From Chloroflexota bacterium (GTDB taxonomy: Bacteria; Chloroflexota; UBA11872; VXOZ01), in assembly GCA_965221905.1 (NCBI GenBank), contig OZ244922.1:736001-800000 (forward strand): a DNA stretch of 64,000 nt, given 5' to 3'. Of the stretch, positions 18,573 to 28,995 are shown piece after piece. Numbering within the stretch: the stretch's first letter is position 1; the number at the start of each line of letters is the position of its first letter. Under the pieces are notes generated by a model. It saw only the letters and a program-made list of their open reading frames with translations. It made no database searches and was not told the DNA's origin. A program made the position numbers and the translations under genes.

Positions 18573-20153
18573 CTACCGGCGGAAGAACGGCAGCCTTTGC
18601 CACACGGAGCGCGCTTCCGGCACACCGAGGAGCAGCGCGGAGAGGACATAGACCCATATAAGCACGGTGCCGTAAAGGACGAAGCGGACGACGGCCGGCG
18701 TACTGGAGAGCGGGACCAGCCACTGGAGTGCGCCGCTCACGCCCGCGGCGAGGAGCGTGCAAAGCAGGAGGGATGGGACGCCAGTGAGAAATCGAAAGTC
18801 CGGTACCCGCCGCGCCAGCAGCACCCACAGCCAAACGGCTTCGAGCAGCACCGCCAGCGAGATACCGAGCGCAAGGCCGCCTTGGGCTAAGGGTCGCATG
18901 AGAAGAAAGGCAAGAGCGATTCCCAGCCCCATGCTCACGATGCCGATCAGTACCGGCGTGCGCGTGTCCTTGAGCGCGAAGAAGCCACGGTTGAGCACTT
19001 CCACCGCGCCGTGTCCGGCCAGACCGACCCCAAAGAAGAGCAACGCCCATGCGGTGAGTTCGGTGGACGCAGCGTCGAACGCGCCGCGCTCGAATAGGGT
19101 AGCAACCACAAGCGGCGCAAAGAGCATGAGACCCGCGGCTGCCGGTAACAGAAAGAAGAGCACGGTGCGGACGGCCGCCGTAAGCTGCCGGGCCAGCTCC
19201 GGCGTGGGACCGTCCATAGCGGCAGCCGCGAATTGTGGGAACCACGCGCGCGCCACGGCCATGCCGAATACTCCTAACGGCAGCATCATGAGTACCCAGG
19301 CATAGTTCATTGCTACGACGACATTCGCGCCAAGCCTGGAGGCCAAGTTAATCATGATGAAAATGAGTGAGAGGTGTACCGCAAGCAGTCCTGCCATGCG
19401 AGGGACCGTGAGCTGCACCAATCGTTTCAACTCAGGCAGGTGGAGGTGAAGAACCGGCGCGTAGCCCGGTCCCAGCGTGCGAAAAGCAGGGATTTGCACG
19501 ATTATGTGCAACACGGCGCCAATCACCACGCCAATCGCTAAACCGTAGATGCCCCACCAGATTGCGAGCACGACCGCGCCCGCGATTCCGGCGAGGCTAT
19601 AGAGCAGCGGTGCAAATGCGGGTAACAGAAAGTGCTGCCGCGCGTGGAGCGTGGCAGTGAGCACTTCGCTGACGGCGAGGAAGAGGGGCGAAAACGCCAC
19701 GATGGAGATGAGGGCAACCGTGAGTTCTCGGTCCGCCGCATCGAAGCCGGGCGAAATGAGCGGCACGACCCAGGGGGCAAGCAGTATGATCACAGCGACG
19801 AACAGGGCGAGCACGATGATCAGGCCGTTGAGCACCGAACTGGCGAATGCCCGCGCCGTGGCAGCGTCATTCCGCGCCAGCATCTCGCGGTAGAGCGGGA
19901 TGTACGCGGAACTCAACGCGCCGCCCGCAAAGAGCAGGAACGCCAAGTCGGGGAGCCGGAACGCCGCTACGTAGGCCGCAAGTTCTCCCGAGGTACCGAA
20001 ACGCGCGCTAACGGCGACTTCCCGTCCTAACCCCAGCACGCGTGAGAGGACATAGCTGACCATTAGGATGGTCGCGCCGCCGGCAACCGTGCTGCCACCG
20101 GCCCTCAGCCAGGCAAACCGGCCGGATGGGGTCGGGTTTTCAGAATAAGACAT
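18573..20153 (-). CDS. murJ: Lipid II flippase MurJ/MviN
   Basis: SRVLGLGRE, AFRLPDL, GGALSSAYIP, LPLGVFG, LFERGAF, DTRTP. Confidence 0.94.
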   Translation of the reverse strand: MSYSENPTPSGRFAWLRAGGSTVAGGATILMVSYVLSRVLGLGREVAVSARFGTSGELAAYVAAFRLPDLAFLLFAGGALSSAYIPLYREMLARNDAATARAFASSVLNGLIIVLALFVAVIILLAPWVVPLISPGFDAADRELTVALISIVAFSPLFLAVSEVLTATLHARQHFLLPAFAPLLYSLAGIAGAVVLAIWWGIYGLAIGVVIGAVLHIIVQIPAFRTLGPGYAPVLHLHLPELKRLVQLTVPRMAGLLAVHLSLIFIMINLASRLGANVVVAMNYAWVLMMLPLGVFGMAVARAWFPQFAAAAMDGPTPELARQLTAAVRTVLFFLLPAAAGLMLFAPLVVATLFERGAFDAASTELTAWALLFFGVGLAGHGAVEVLNRGFFALKDTRTPVLIGIVSMGLGIALAFLLMRPLAQGGLALGISLAVLLEAVWLWVLLARRVPDFRFLTGVPSLLLCTLLAAGVSGALQWLVPLSSTPAVVRFVLYGTVLIWVYVLSALLLGVPEARSVWQRLPFFRR

Positions 20154-20230
20154 GGTGAGACCCTACGGGAAGTCGGAGAGAAGTAGGGAGAGTGATGGGA
20201 GTCCTCTAAGCAAGTGTAGAAACGTAATTC

Positions 20231-20263
20231 CCGTTCGTCCTGAGCCTGTCGAAGGATGAACGG
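20231..20263. repeat. Family D palindrome
   Basis: ccgttcgtcctgagcctgtcgaaggatgaacgg; other copies near 2221, 3383, 11370-11417, 23142, 32198. Confidence 0.75.
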
Positions 20264-20585
20264 TTGCAGGCTCGCAAAACGGAGACTCTCTTGTACTGAG
20301 CGAGGTGAGCCTTACTTTTCCTGCGCTTGAGGAAGGATCAGGCCATTTTCGGGCTATTGTCTGATAGCTCCTCGCACACAGTTGAGCCTACGCTGGGTAT
20401 GGCAGAGCGCGCCATCCGTAGGCTAATGCTAGCACAGGAATCTGCCTAAGCGCAGTATTCAGGTGAGTCGACGCATCGCAGCGCCACGGCGCAGTAGGCA
20501 AGTCAAGACGAAGCAGGATGTGGCGCGTTAGGCCTCGGTGCTCGTGGAGTCTGAATTGGGTAGCAGCGCGAGAGGGAGGTTGAGG

Positions 20586-21467
20586 CTAGGGGTGCTCGTA
20601 GGCGAGCCGCAAAATTTCGCCGAATCGCTCATCTTTCCGAAGGGGCTCGAAGGTCTCAGAATGCAAGATTAGCAGCACGGCTTTGCCGATTTCCCCGTGT
20701 GTCGAATTGTCTTTCAAGGACAACTCAAGATGGTGAAGTGCGTCCTCGAAATCGTTCCGCTGTAAGCAATATCGAGCTTGCTCAAAGTTGAGACCAAAAT
20801 CCTGGCCATCTAATGCAAGTCCAGCGCACACAGCCGCTTCGGCCTCGTCGTGCTTACCTAGACTCGCTAGCGCTTCGGCCAATTTGCTGTAGGTGCTTGC
20901 AATTGCCCTGTGCTGGCCTCCTGCAAACATCCACGACGCCAGCGAATGCGCTTTGAGCCAATCCACCTCCGCCTGTAAATGAGGCAACGCGAGCTCATGC
21001 TCGCCGATGTCACAGTATGTCCAACCAAGTAATGAGAGGACTTCATAGCTCGGCCCGCGCGAAGCTAGCTCCCGTTCTGCACACGCGATGACCTCGTCAT
21101 GACGGCCAAGGCGTCTCTGGCGCTGGAACGTGAACGGCATTACGAATTTGAATAACCCAATCCGGGCCGCCGGACCACGGTGCAGGTGAATCAACAAACT
21201 ATCAAGCTTATAGCGGAGGAGTTGAAACAGCCATTTCTTACCAAAATGCGCTCGGAGCAATTCACGATTGAGCGCCTCGACGTTACCGAGGGCTGCCACG
21301 GCCTTCTGCTCTGCAGAAGCTGGCTCCTCGCCCTGCGCTACCGACTGCTGAATAGCGTCCTCGAGGTGCGCACGCAATTCATCCCCGGCCTCTTTACGTT
21401 TCGGGAGTGGCAGTCCCGCCACTGCTTTGCGGAGAAAGCGTTTCGTTTCCGGCGTCAAGCGCGCCAT
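20586..21467 (-). CDS. HAAS/permease-prefix N-terminal domain plus TPR protein (copy 2)
   Basis: ELRAHLEDAIQ...AEQKAVAALGN; TPR helices; C-terminal FEPLRKDERF. Confidence 0.8.
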   Translation of the reverse strand: MARLTPETKRFLRKAVAGLPLPKRKEAGDELRAHLEDAIQQSVAQGEEPASAEQKAVAALGNVEALNRELLRAHFGKKWLFQLLRYKLDSLLIHLHRGPAARIGLFKFVMPFTFQRQRRLGRHDEVIACAERELASRGPSYEVLSLLGWTYCDIGEHELALPHLQAEVDWLKAHSLASWMFAGGQHRAIASTYSKLAEALASLGKHDEAEAAVCAGLALDGQDFGLNFEQARYCLQRNDFEDALHHLELSLKDNSTHGEIGKAVLLILHSETFEPLRKDERFGEILRLAYEHP

Positions 21468-21629
21468 TGATAGCCTCCATTCGCCCGCCTTCGCTAATGC
21501 AGACGACTATTGCACCAGTGCGGCAGAGCATTTCGACAAGAGAAGAGCGCCTAGTGAAAGACGTCGCCTCGGTCGGCTGCTGCCAACGCTGCGCCCAAGT
21601 TGATGATGGCCGAAAGCATGTGCGTGAGC

Positions 21630-22583
21630 TTACCTGAATGCGTGGGCCCAATCCAGGAGACGACTGAATCGCGCGTCTTCACGCAGCGGATCGAACACGT
21701 CGGCCTGCAATACTGAAAGGACAACCTTGCCGAGGTCACCAACTGTAAGATCATCGTCCAGTGAAGCTTCCAGATGTTGAAAAGCGCCGTCTATGTCTCC
21801 CCGTTTGAGGCAGTAGGTTGCCTGCTGGAAGTTGAGACCGAAGAATTCGTCATCCACCGCGAGCCCGGCGCGCACGGCCGATTCGGCTTCTCCATGCCTA
21901 CCCATGGTCTCCAATGAGATTGCCAATTGGCTGTACGCCCCAGCGAGCAACCTTTGCCTGCCGCCTATGAAATCCCATGGTCCTGAACGCGTAATGAGCC
22001 AATCCACCGCCGCCTGATTGTGTGCCAGCGTGCGCTCTTGGTAGGCTTCCGCTGCCCGCACATGTGCCTGCGCGCGTTCGCATCCGCCCGTTCTTGCGTC
22101 CCGGTTTGCCAGTTTGCGTTCGTGCGCGGCAAGGGCACTGTATGCCTCACCAAGCCTAGCGTGGATTCTGTAGCTTGGCCCCCGCGACGCGAGCTTTCGT
22201 TCCGCGCGGGCGATTGTTTGCTCTACTCGGACTCGATCGGGTTGGCTTCCAATGTTGGTCGATTCTCTTCGGCCTTTGTACCCAACCTGACCACCTGCCG
22301 ATTTTATGGCCCACTTGTAGAACTTGGAGCGGAGGAGAAAGAGTGGCCACCTGTGCCCACAATGAGAACGGAGCAATTCCCGGTTGAGCGCCGCGGCGTC
22401 GCCAAGCGCCGCTACGGCTTCCTGCTCCGCAAGCTCACGTTCGCTGCCTTGCGCTACCCGTTGTTGGATAGCGTCCTCCAGGTGCGCGCGGAGTTCGTCT
22501 TTGGCTTCACTGCGTTTCAGGAACGGCAGTCCCGCCACTGCCTTGCGGAGAAAGCGTTCCGTTTCCGGCGTCAAGGGCGCCAT
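21630..22583 (-). CDS. HAAS/permease-prefix N-terminal domain plus TPR protein (copy 1)
   Basis: ELRAHLEDAIQ...AEQEAVAALGD; TPR helices; C-terminal FDPLREDARF. Confidence 0.8.
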   Translation of the reverse strand: MAPLTPETERFLRKAVAGLPFLKRSEAKDELRAHLEDAIQQRVAQGSERELAEQEAVAALGDAAALNRELLRSHCGHRWPLFLLRSKFYKWAIKSAGGQVGYKGRRESTNIGSQPDRVRVEQTIARAERKLASRGPSYRIHARLGEAYSALAAHERKLANRDARTGGCERAQAHVRAAEAYQERTLAHNQAAVDWLITRSGPWDFIGGRQRLLAGAYSQLAISLETMGRHGEAESAVRAGLAVDDEFFGLNFQQATYCLKRGDIDGAFQHLEASLDDDLTVGDLGKVVLSVLQADVFDPLREDARFSRLLDWAHAFR

Positions 22584-22884
22584 TGATAGCCTCCACCAGT
22601 GTGTGCCAATGCTCCCGGCGTTCGGCCAGCGCCTTGTGGCCCCGCGCCGTCAGACGATAGTAGCGGCGGCGCGGGCCGCGCGGGCTGTCCTGCCAGTAGG
22701 GCTTTACCAACCCTTCAGCTTCTAAGCGGTGCAACGCGGGGTAGAGTGTGCCTTCCTTGAAGTCGAGCACGCCGTTGGTGCGTTCGCGCAGTGCCTCGGC
22801 GATCTCAAACCCGTACATGGGCCGCGCTGCCAGCAGATCGAGAAGGAGCAGGCTTGCCGTGCCTTTACGTAATTCGCGTAACAT
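22507..22884 (-). CDS. PadR family transcriptional regulator
   Basis: ELRKGT..LLLL, MYGFEI, EGTLYPALHRLE..G, PRRRYYRLT..G. Confidence 0.94.
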   Translation of the reverse strand: MLRELRKGTASLLLLDLLAARPMYGFEIAEALRERTNGVLDFKEGTLYPALHRLEAEGLVKPYWQDSPRGPRRRYYRLTARGHKALAERREHWHTLVEAINGALDAGNGTLSPQGSGGTAVPETQ

Positions 22885-22885
22885 G

Positions 22886-22904
22886 TATATAGAATATCTA
22901 AGTA
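22886..22904 (-). promoter_or_regulatory. Putative PadR autoregulatory operator (imperfect palindrome TACTTAGATATTCTATATA)
   Basis: AT-rich dyad abutting the padR start codon. Confidence 0.5.
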
Positions 22905-23404
22905 GTGGAAATAGTGCAAGCTCTTTCAGGAAGTTTCCGGGCATGTTTTCTCGTTGCTTGCCCATGCGGAAGCAGAGATTCGCGAGTTCTTTTCAGTACG
23001 ACCTGACAGATCAACGCCAAATCCTCGCTGGCTTCCCTCAGGTTGTCTTTGCCAATCGTGCTGAGCTTGCTTGTCCTGAGCATGTTGAGGGGTCCAGGTA
23101 TGAGCGGCACTGAGTTTAGACCGTCGGGCCGGAGATACTGCCCCGTTCACCCTTCGACAGGCTCAGGGCGAACGGGATAACGTAGAAGCCGAAGGTAGTA
23201 GATTAGAGTTGCACAGGCAGGCGCAAGAACAGAAAGGGTTGGCATTGAGGCCAAACGGTTAGTTTCTGTAACCTCTCGTTTTCAGTGGGAAAAGTCGGAG
23301 TCTACCCACAGAATCAACTCCGAACTCAAGCGCGGTGCCGTATAATAGGGAGCAAGAGAACTCAGCCAACGTGAGCGTTTCATGTAGCAGAGGAGGGACT
23401 GCCG

Positions 23405-24946
23405 GTGATACGGAATGATACCGCCGAGAGTGAGGGCATATCCACCACACTTGAGCCCCTAGCTCCCACCAGCGACCTGATGTCCGCTGATAAGTTGTTG
23501 AAACAGGGCCTTACCTTCGACGACGTAGTACTCATTCCCGACTATTCCGCTGTTCTGCCGAAAGACGCCGATACCCGCACGTGGCTGACCCCGACTATTG
23601 CGCTCAATATACCGCTCATCTCCGCCGCCATGGATACCGTTACCGAAGCGCGCCTGGCCATTGCTCTGGCACGGGAAGGCGGCATCGGCATCATCCACCG
23701 CAACCTGGAAATCGATGTTCAAGCTGCCGAAGTAGATAAGGTCAAGCGCTCGGAAGCCGGCATGATCGTGGACCCCATCACCTTGGGCCCCAATGCGACC
23801 GTGCGCCAGGCGGTGGACCTGATGGAGCGCTACCACATCTCAGGCGTGCCGATCACCGAGAACGGCAAGCTGATAGGCATTCTCACCAACCGCGACATTC
23901 GCTTCGAGGAGAACCTCGACCAGCCCGTGCTGAACGTGATGACTAAAGAGGGCCTCATCACGGTTCCCGTCGGCACCACGTTGGAAGAGGCCAAAGATAT
24001 CTTGCGCCATCACCGCATCGAGAAGGTGCCGGTGGTAGACGACCACTTCATGCTCAAAGGCCTAATTACGGTTAAAGACATCGCCAAGAAGATCCAGTTT
24101 CCGCTGGCGACGAAGGACGAGAAGGGACGCCTGCGCGTAGGAGTGGCGGTAGGCACGAACGTGGAGGGCATCAAGCGCGCCCAAGAGGCGGTGGCGGCCG
24201 GGGTTGACGTGCTGGTGCTGGATAGCGCGCACGGTCACTCCGCGGGAGTCATCGAGACGCTGCGCAAGCTTAAGACACTCTTCGACGTGCCGGTAATTGC
24301 CGGTAACATTGCCACGGCAGCCGCGGCGGAAGACCTCATCAAGGCCGGCGCCGACGCGCTCAAAGTTGGCGTGGGACCCGCATCCATCTGCACGACGCGG
24401 GTGGTGACCGGCACCGGCGTACCGCAAATTACGGCGATTTCCGATGTTGCCGGTGTCGCCACGCAGTACGGCGTCCCCGTAATCGCCGACGGCGGCATCC
24501 AGTATGCCGGTGACGTGGCAAAGGCGATTGCCGCGGGCGCCGACACGGTTATGATCGGTTCGCTCTTCGCCGGTGTAGAGGAGAGTCCCGGCGAGGTGGT
24601 GCTCTACCAGGGCGAACAGTTCAAAGAGTACCGCGGCATGGGTTCGATGGGCGCTATGAAGGCCCGCTCCGCCAGCCGCGACCGCTACTTCCAGGACTAC
24701 ATTGGCGAGGAGTCGAAGCTCGTGCCCGAAGGCATCGAGGGCCGTGTGCAGTACAAGGGGCCGCTTTCAGCACTGGTGATTCAACTCGTGGGCGGCTTGC
24801 GCCAGGCAATGGGCTACTGCGGCAACGCCACCATTCAGGAGATGAAGGAACACGCGCGCTTCGTGCGCATGACCCCCGCCGGTCTCCGCGAAGCCCACCC
24901 CCACGACGTCATCCTGACTAAAGAAGCGCCCAACTACTCACGATAG
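23405..24946 (+). CDS. guaB: IMP dehydrogenase (start GTG 23405 or ATG 23480)
   Basis: [18 protein letters not shown] pair, [24 protein letters not shown]; TATAAT at 23341. Confidence 0.97.
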   Translation: MIRNDTAESEGISTTLEPLAPTSDLMSADKLLKQGLTFDDVVLIPDYSAVLPKDADTRTWLTPTIALNIPLISAAMDTVTEARLAIALAREGGIGIIHRNLEIDVQAAEVDKVKRSEAGMIVDPITLGPNATVRQAVDLMERYHISGVPITENGKLIGILTNRDIRFEENLDQPVLNVMTKEGLITVPVGTTLEEAKDILRHHRIEKVPVVDDHFMLKGLITVKDIAKKIQFPLATKDEKGRLRVGVAVGTNVEGIKRAQEAVAAGVDVLVLDSAHGHSAGVIETLRKLKTLFDVPVIAGNIATAAAAEDLIKAGADALKVGVGPASICTTRVVTGTGVPQITAISDVAGVATQYGVPVIADGGIQYAGDVAKAIAAGADTVMIGSLFAGVEESPGEVVLYQGEQFKEYRGMGSMGAMKARSASRDRYFQDYIGEESKLVPEGIEGRVQYKGPLSALVIQLVGGLRQAMGYCGNATIQEMKEHARFVRMTPAGLREAHPHDVILTKEAPNYSR

Positions 24947-25097
24947 GCGTTGCAGAGACATTACGGCTGCTAAGAGATCGAGTGCCGACAACTCATTCAA
25001 TTGAAGGGTTGTTTCCGGGCAAACTGTCTGAATTCTACTCTTAAGGGCCATTGTTAAGTAGAGGACACTTCTCAACCTTCTTTATAGGATTTTAGGC

Positions 25098-25850
25098 ATG
25101 CCGTCCGCGATTGAATGGACAGACGAAACCTGGAACCCGGTAACGGGCTGTACTCGCGTTTCGCCAGGCTGCGATAACTGCTATATGTACGCAATGTATC
25201 CGCGCCTGAAGGGTATGGGTGTTAAGGGATACAGTACTGCTCCAAGTGATATTCAATTGCTACCCGAGCGATTAGTCTTACCGCTAACTTGGAAAAAGCC
25301 AAGACGTGTATTTGTTAACAGCATGTCTGATCTCTTCCATTCTCGCGTTCCCTTTGAGTTTGTATTCGAGATGTTCCAAGTAATGCAGCAAGCAGCACTT
25401 GAGCGAGGCCACGAATTTCAAATTCTGACGAAGAGGCCGGGCAGAGCTGTTGCTTGGTGGAAGCAGTATGAAGCAAAATTTCCCGATGGTTGGCACCCGA
25501 ATATTTGGATTGGCACGTCGGTGGAAAACCAAAAGTACGCTCCGCGCCTTACGGTCTTGGCGCGCCTGCCGGCCCCTATCCGATTCGTCTCTGCTGAACC
25601 TTTGCTGGAACAGATCGAATTGACACCTTGGCTAAGAGACGGGACTCTTCAATGGGTGATTACAGGAGGTGAAAGCGGTAATGGCGCAAGACCCATGGAT
25701 TTGGACTGGGTGCGAAGTCTGCGCGACCAGTCAGAAGGCGCAGGAGTGGCTTTCTTCCTAAAGCAGCTTGGTGGAGTAAGGAATAAGCGTGGTGGCGATG
25801 CTGCAGTAATTGATGGCCGTCACTGGCGACAAATGCCTATAACGAACTAG
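25098..25850 (+). CDS. DUF5131 / phage Gp37-Gp68 family three-Cys (radical-SAM-like) protein
   Basis: IEWTDETWNPVTGCTRVSPGCDNCY, FVNSMSDLFH, QILTKR, SAEPLL, WVITGGESG, FFLKQ. Confidence 0.93.
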   Translation: MPSAIEWTDETWNPVTGCTRVSPGCDNCYMYAMYPRLKGMGVKGYSTAPSDIQLLPERLVLPLTWKKPRRVFVNSMSDLFHSRVPFEFVFEMFQVMQQAALERGHEFQILTKRPGRAVAWWKQYEAKFPDGWHPNIWIGTSVENQKYAPRLTVLARLPAPIRFVSAEPLLEQIELTPWLRDGTLQWVITGGESGNGARPMDLDWVRSLRDQSEGAGVAFFLKQLGGVRNKRGGDAAVIDGRHWRQMPITN

Positions 25851-25864
25851 GAACAGCAAGTTCG

Positions 25865-26716
25865 ATGTCATCTCTTTTCGGGGGTAGTTGGACCAATGAG
25901 AAACTAGAAATTCTTAGACAATATTTGGATGCCTACACCACCGCGCTCAAGAGCCAGCCCTTCCAACTCACTTACGTTGACGCTTTCGCAGGGGAGGGTT
26001 CCTACTTGGCTAATTCGGACTATCTTTCGGCGGATTATGAAGATCTCAAGGAATTTCGTGCTGGCTCTCCGCGTATCGCCTTAGAGGTTCAGGACAAGCC
26101 CTTTGATAGGCTTGTATTCGTTGAAAAGGACCCCACTCGTTGCGCATCTCTTAAGTTACTGGAGAGAGAGTTTCCCAATTGTAATATCGGCATTCGCAAT
26201 GAAGATGCCAATAGTGCTCTGCCTGCATTCTGCGCCACTCTTGGTAACTCTGAACGCGCCGTAGTCTTCCTTGACCCTTTCGCCACGCAAGTCTCGTGGA
26301 GCACAGTGCAAGAACTGGCACGGACGAAGAAGATAGACTGCTGGATCTTGTTCCCATTGATGGCAATCGCGCGCATGATGCCTACGACGAGGAATCCGCC
26401 GGATTCGTTAGCGGCACAGCTAGACAGGGTGTTTGGTGGACGCCAGTACTGGGAGGACTTCTACGGTGAATCTCCGCAACAACAATTACCAGGGTTTTCA
26501 GATAAACCCATACAAGAGAGGCTTCAAGGCAGCGACCAAATTGCCTTACGCTACCGTGAAAGACTTGAATCAGAGTTTCTAAGAGTAGCACCAACCCCTC
26601 GAACCTTTAAGAATTCGAAGAACTCTCCGATGTTCGAATTGTTCTTTGCTGCAAGCAACCCAAGAGGAGCGAGTCTCGCAGTGCCTATTGCCGATCACAT
26701 ACTGAAACACTGGTAA
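25865..26716 (+). CDS. tcmP: Three-Cys-motif partner protein (SAM-dependent methyltransferase fold)
   Basis: WT..KL..L..YL, YVDAFAGEG, GSPRIAL, FVEKD, VFLDPF; adjacent to DUF5131. Confidence 0.88.
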   Translation: MSSLFGGSWTNEKLEILRQYLDAYTTALKSQPFQLTYVDAFAGEGSYLANSDYLSADYEDLKEFRAGSPRIALEVQDKPFDRLVFVEKDPTRCASLKLLEREFPNCNIGIRNEDANSALPAFCATLGNSERAVVFLDPFATQVSWSTVQELARTKKIDCWILFPLMAIARMMPTTRNPPDSLAAQLDRVFGGRQYWEDFYGESPQQQLPGFSDKPIQERLQGSDQIALRYRERLESEFLRVAPTPRTFKNSKNSPMFELFFAASNPRGASLAVPIADHILKHW

Positions 26717-26750
26717 TGAGGTGATGTGCGACTACAAAGGGAGTATACAT

Positions 26751-28100
26751 ATGCCAAATGCGTCGCCTGTGTCCTCTCCTGAGTGGTACCTGCCCCGCAT
26801 AAGTGCGGTTAGTCCGACTGGTGCGGAGGTTGCGCTTGCCGTTGGTGAGGCGGTTGACCTCGGTGTTGAATTGGAGCCGTGGCAGACGGTGCCGTCGGAG
26901 CAAGAGTGGCAGCGGCGCGCGGAGCCGGTGCTATCTACCACGCTGACGACGCAGGACTGGAGCCGCGTGATGCTCTACATGCCGGGCGTCATCCGCGCCG
27001 ACGGCATATACAAGATGTGGTACGTCGGCACGTCCGGTCCGCCGCGGCCCGCCAACTGCCACTTGGGCTACGCCACCTCGCATGACGGCATACATTGGGA
27101 GGAGTTTCCCGGCAATCCCATCATCACCGATGAGGCCCTGCAAGACGCAGGCGGCTGGGGGCGGTGCTTTCAAAGCCCGTTCGTGCTCTACGACTTGGAA
27201 GAGCGACGCTATCGGATGTGGTTCTCCGCCCTCACCCACTATGAGGAGACCGCCGACGGCGAACTGGTCGAGATGACGCAGCAGGTGGGGTACGCCGAGA
27301 GTCCGGACGGCATCGCGTGGGAGATTCACCCGGAGCCGGTCACGCGCAGCGGGCGCTGTCCCTCGGTTATCAAAGAGGATGACGGCACCTTCACCATGTG
27401 GGTGAACGCCCGGCCTGAGGGCGACCCCGACCCCAGCGCGATTTACGGTCACACCATGCTGTTGCGCTCGCCCGACGGAATACACTGGGAAGAGATCGCC
27501 GACGTGCTCCAACCGGAGGGCATTTACAAGTCGTGCGTCTACCCGTTCGTGATGCGGGATGGGCCGAGTCTTGTCATATGGCACGGCGGGCACCGCGAGG
27601 CGCTGCGCGATGATGTGCGCTTCACGCGCGCCGAACTCGACGACGCCTACGGCGACTGGTTCGACCTCACGTTTGCGCGCTCGGCGGACGGCCGATACTG
27701 GACCGAGCGCATGGGGCATCCCGTCTTTCCGCCAAGTGCGGATAAGGACGCCTTCGATGCCCGCTATACCTCCACGCCTTACGTGCTCAAGCTGCCGGGC
27801 CGCTATGTGCTCTACTACTCGGCGCGCGACATGCAGGAGGGCTGGCTGCAGGCGGACGGCGCTTTGGGCCCCGGACGCGGCTTCGCTTACCGCCATATCG
27901 GTTACGCCACCCTCGACGCCACCGCTTACACCGATCCCACGCTCCGGTACGCGTGGTCTATTGACGGGGAACCGCTACCGGAAGGCGGGGATACTTTGCG
28001 CTTTCGCGCGCCGGAGGGCGGAACGCACTACGTCAAATGCCAAGTGGAAAACGCCAACGGTAACGCCGAGTATTCGTGGAAAGTCGTCGTTGGCGGCTAG
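26751..28100 (+). CDS. Five-bladed beta-propeller glycoside-hydrolase-like protein with Ig/PKD-like segments
   Basis: Repeated YKMWY / LGYATSHDGIHW / GYAESPDGIAW / SPDGIHW Asp-box-like blades; C-terminal YAWSIDG...VENANG. Confidence 0.72.
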   Translation: MPNASPVSSPEWYLPRISAVSPTGAEVALAVGEAVDLGVELEPWQTVPSEQEWQRRAEPVLSTTLTTQDWSRVMLYMPGVIRADGIYKMWYVGTSGPPRPANCHLGYATSHDGIHWEEFPGNPIITDEALQDAGGWGRCFQSPFVLYDLEERRYRMWFSALTHYEETADGELVEMTQQVGYAESPDGIAWEIHPEPVTRSGRCPSVIKEDDGTFTMWVNARPEGDPDPSAIYGHTMLLRSPDGIHWEEIADVLQPEGIYKSCVYPFVMRDGPSLVIWHGGHREALRDDVRFTRAELDDAYGDWFDLTFARSADGRYWTERMGHPVFPPSADKDAFDARYTSTPYVLKLPGRYVLYYSARDMQEGWLQADGALGPGRGFAYRHIGYATLDATAYTDPTLRYAWSIDGEPLPEGGDTLRFRAPEGGTHYVKCQVENANGNAEYSWKVVVGG

Positions 28101-28198
28101 TGTGCGGTCTTGCCCCTTGTCACTCCGCAATAGTTGGCCGGTCAAATGACAGGACTCACCGTCCAGTCACCGTCGTGAGAACTAGAGAAGCCCCGTGC

Positions 28199-28329
28199 CG
28201 TCATTCCGGCGAAAGCCGGAATCCATCTTCTCTTCAATGCGTCCCTGGAGTCCTGGCTCTCTGCGGGTGCGACGCAAGACTTGCATTGCAGTTTCGAGTG
28301 GGTAGGGGCACGGCATGCCGTGCCCCTAC
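28199..28329. repeat. Family C (28199-28225) and family A REP (28302-28329)
   Basis: cgtcattccggcgaaagccggaatcca; gtaggggcacggcatgccgtgcccctac. Confidence 0.85.
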
Positions 28330-28485
28330 GGACAGGCGACAGCCTATCCTCAGTGCATAAGAGCTTACATGCGAAGTACTTACCTTGCGCAGGTAAAAGA
28401 TGAAGAGAGACTGGAATCTCTTTGGCGCGGCCAGTAATTGTCGTCAGCAATGAGGAGGTTTTACCAACGGAAAGACCCTCGGCCC

Positions 28486-28995
28486 TCACTGGTTTCGAGT
28501 GTCCTCCAGATCGGACTGGATCTCCTGGATATCCGGGGGCCACGTACTCTTGATGTAGGAGAGTATTGCCCAAATGTCGCTGTCGCTGAGAGTCTCGGCA
28601 AAGCCGGGCATGTTGCTCATGTAGTCGCTGCCGACAACGGCGGTCGAGCCCCACTTGGTAACGTCGAACAGCAGCGCATCGGCGTGGTGCCAGGTGTGGC
28701 CGGTTACATCGTGGGGCGGGGCGGGCAACATGCCGTCGGCATCGCGTTCGCGCCAGTTTGGCTGGCCTTCCAGGTTTGCGCCGTGGCAACTAGCGCAATG
28801 TTGCTGGTACAAGACTTCCCCGCGCGCCACGAGCTTAGGGTTGGTTGCATCCGCCCGATTCGACGCGCCATCGCCCCAGACAAATAGCCAAAAGGCTGCG
28901 AGCCCGATGGCCGCCGCGATCAAAGCGACCGCGGCAACAACAATCATTGGACTTGCCCGCAGTCCACGGCTGGTAGCTGACTTTCCCTTACTCAT
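28486..28995 (-). CDS. Membrane-anchored monoheme cytochrome c
   Basis: N-terminal TM helix, CASCHG, PAPPHD.TGHTWHH, MPGF. Confidence 0.92.
   Translation of the reverse strand: MSKGKSATSRGLRASPMIVVAAVALIAAAIGLAAFWLFVWGDGASNRADATNPKLVARGEVLYQQHCASCHGANLEGQPNWRERDADGMLPAPPHDVTGHTWHHADALLFDVTKWGSTAVVGSDYMSNMPGFAETLSDSDIWAILSYIKSTWPPDIQEIQSDLEDTRNQ

Noticed and set aside
21394-21651. 85-aa ORF as a second PadR
   Set aside because: Only the last ~28 codons derive from the padR tail; no HTH domain
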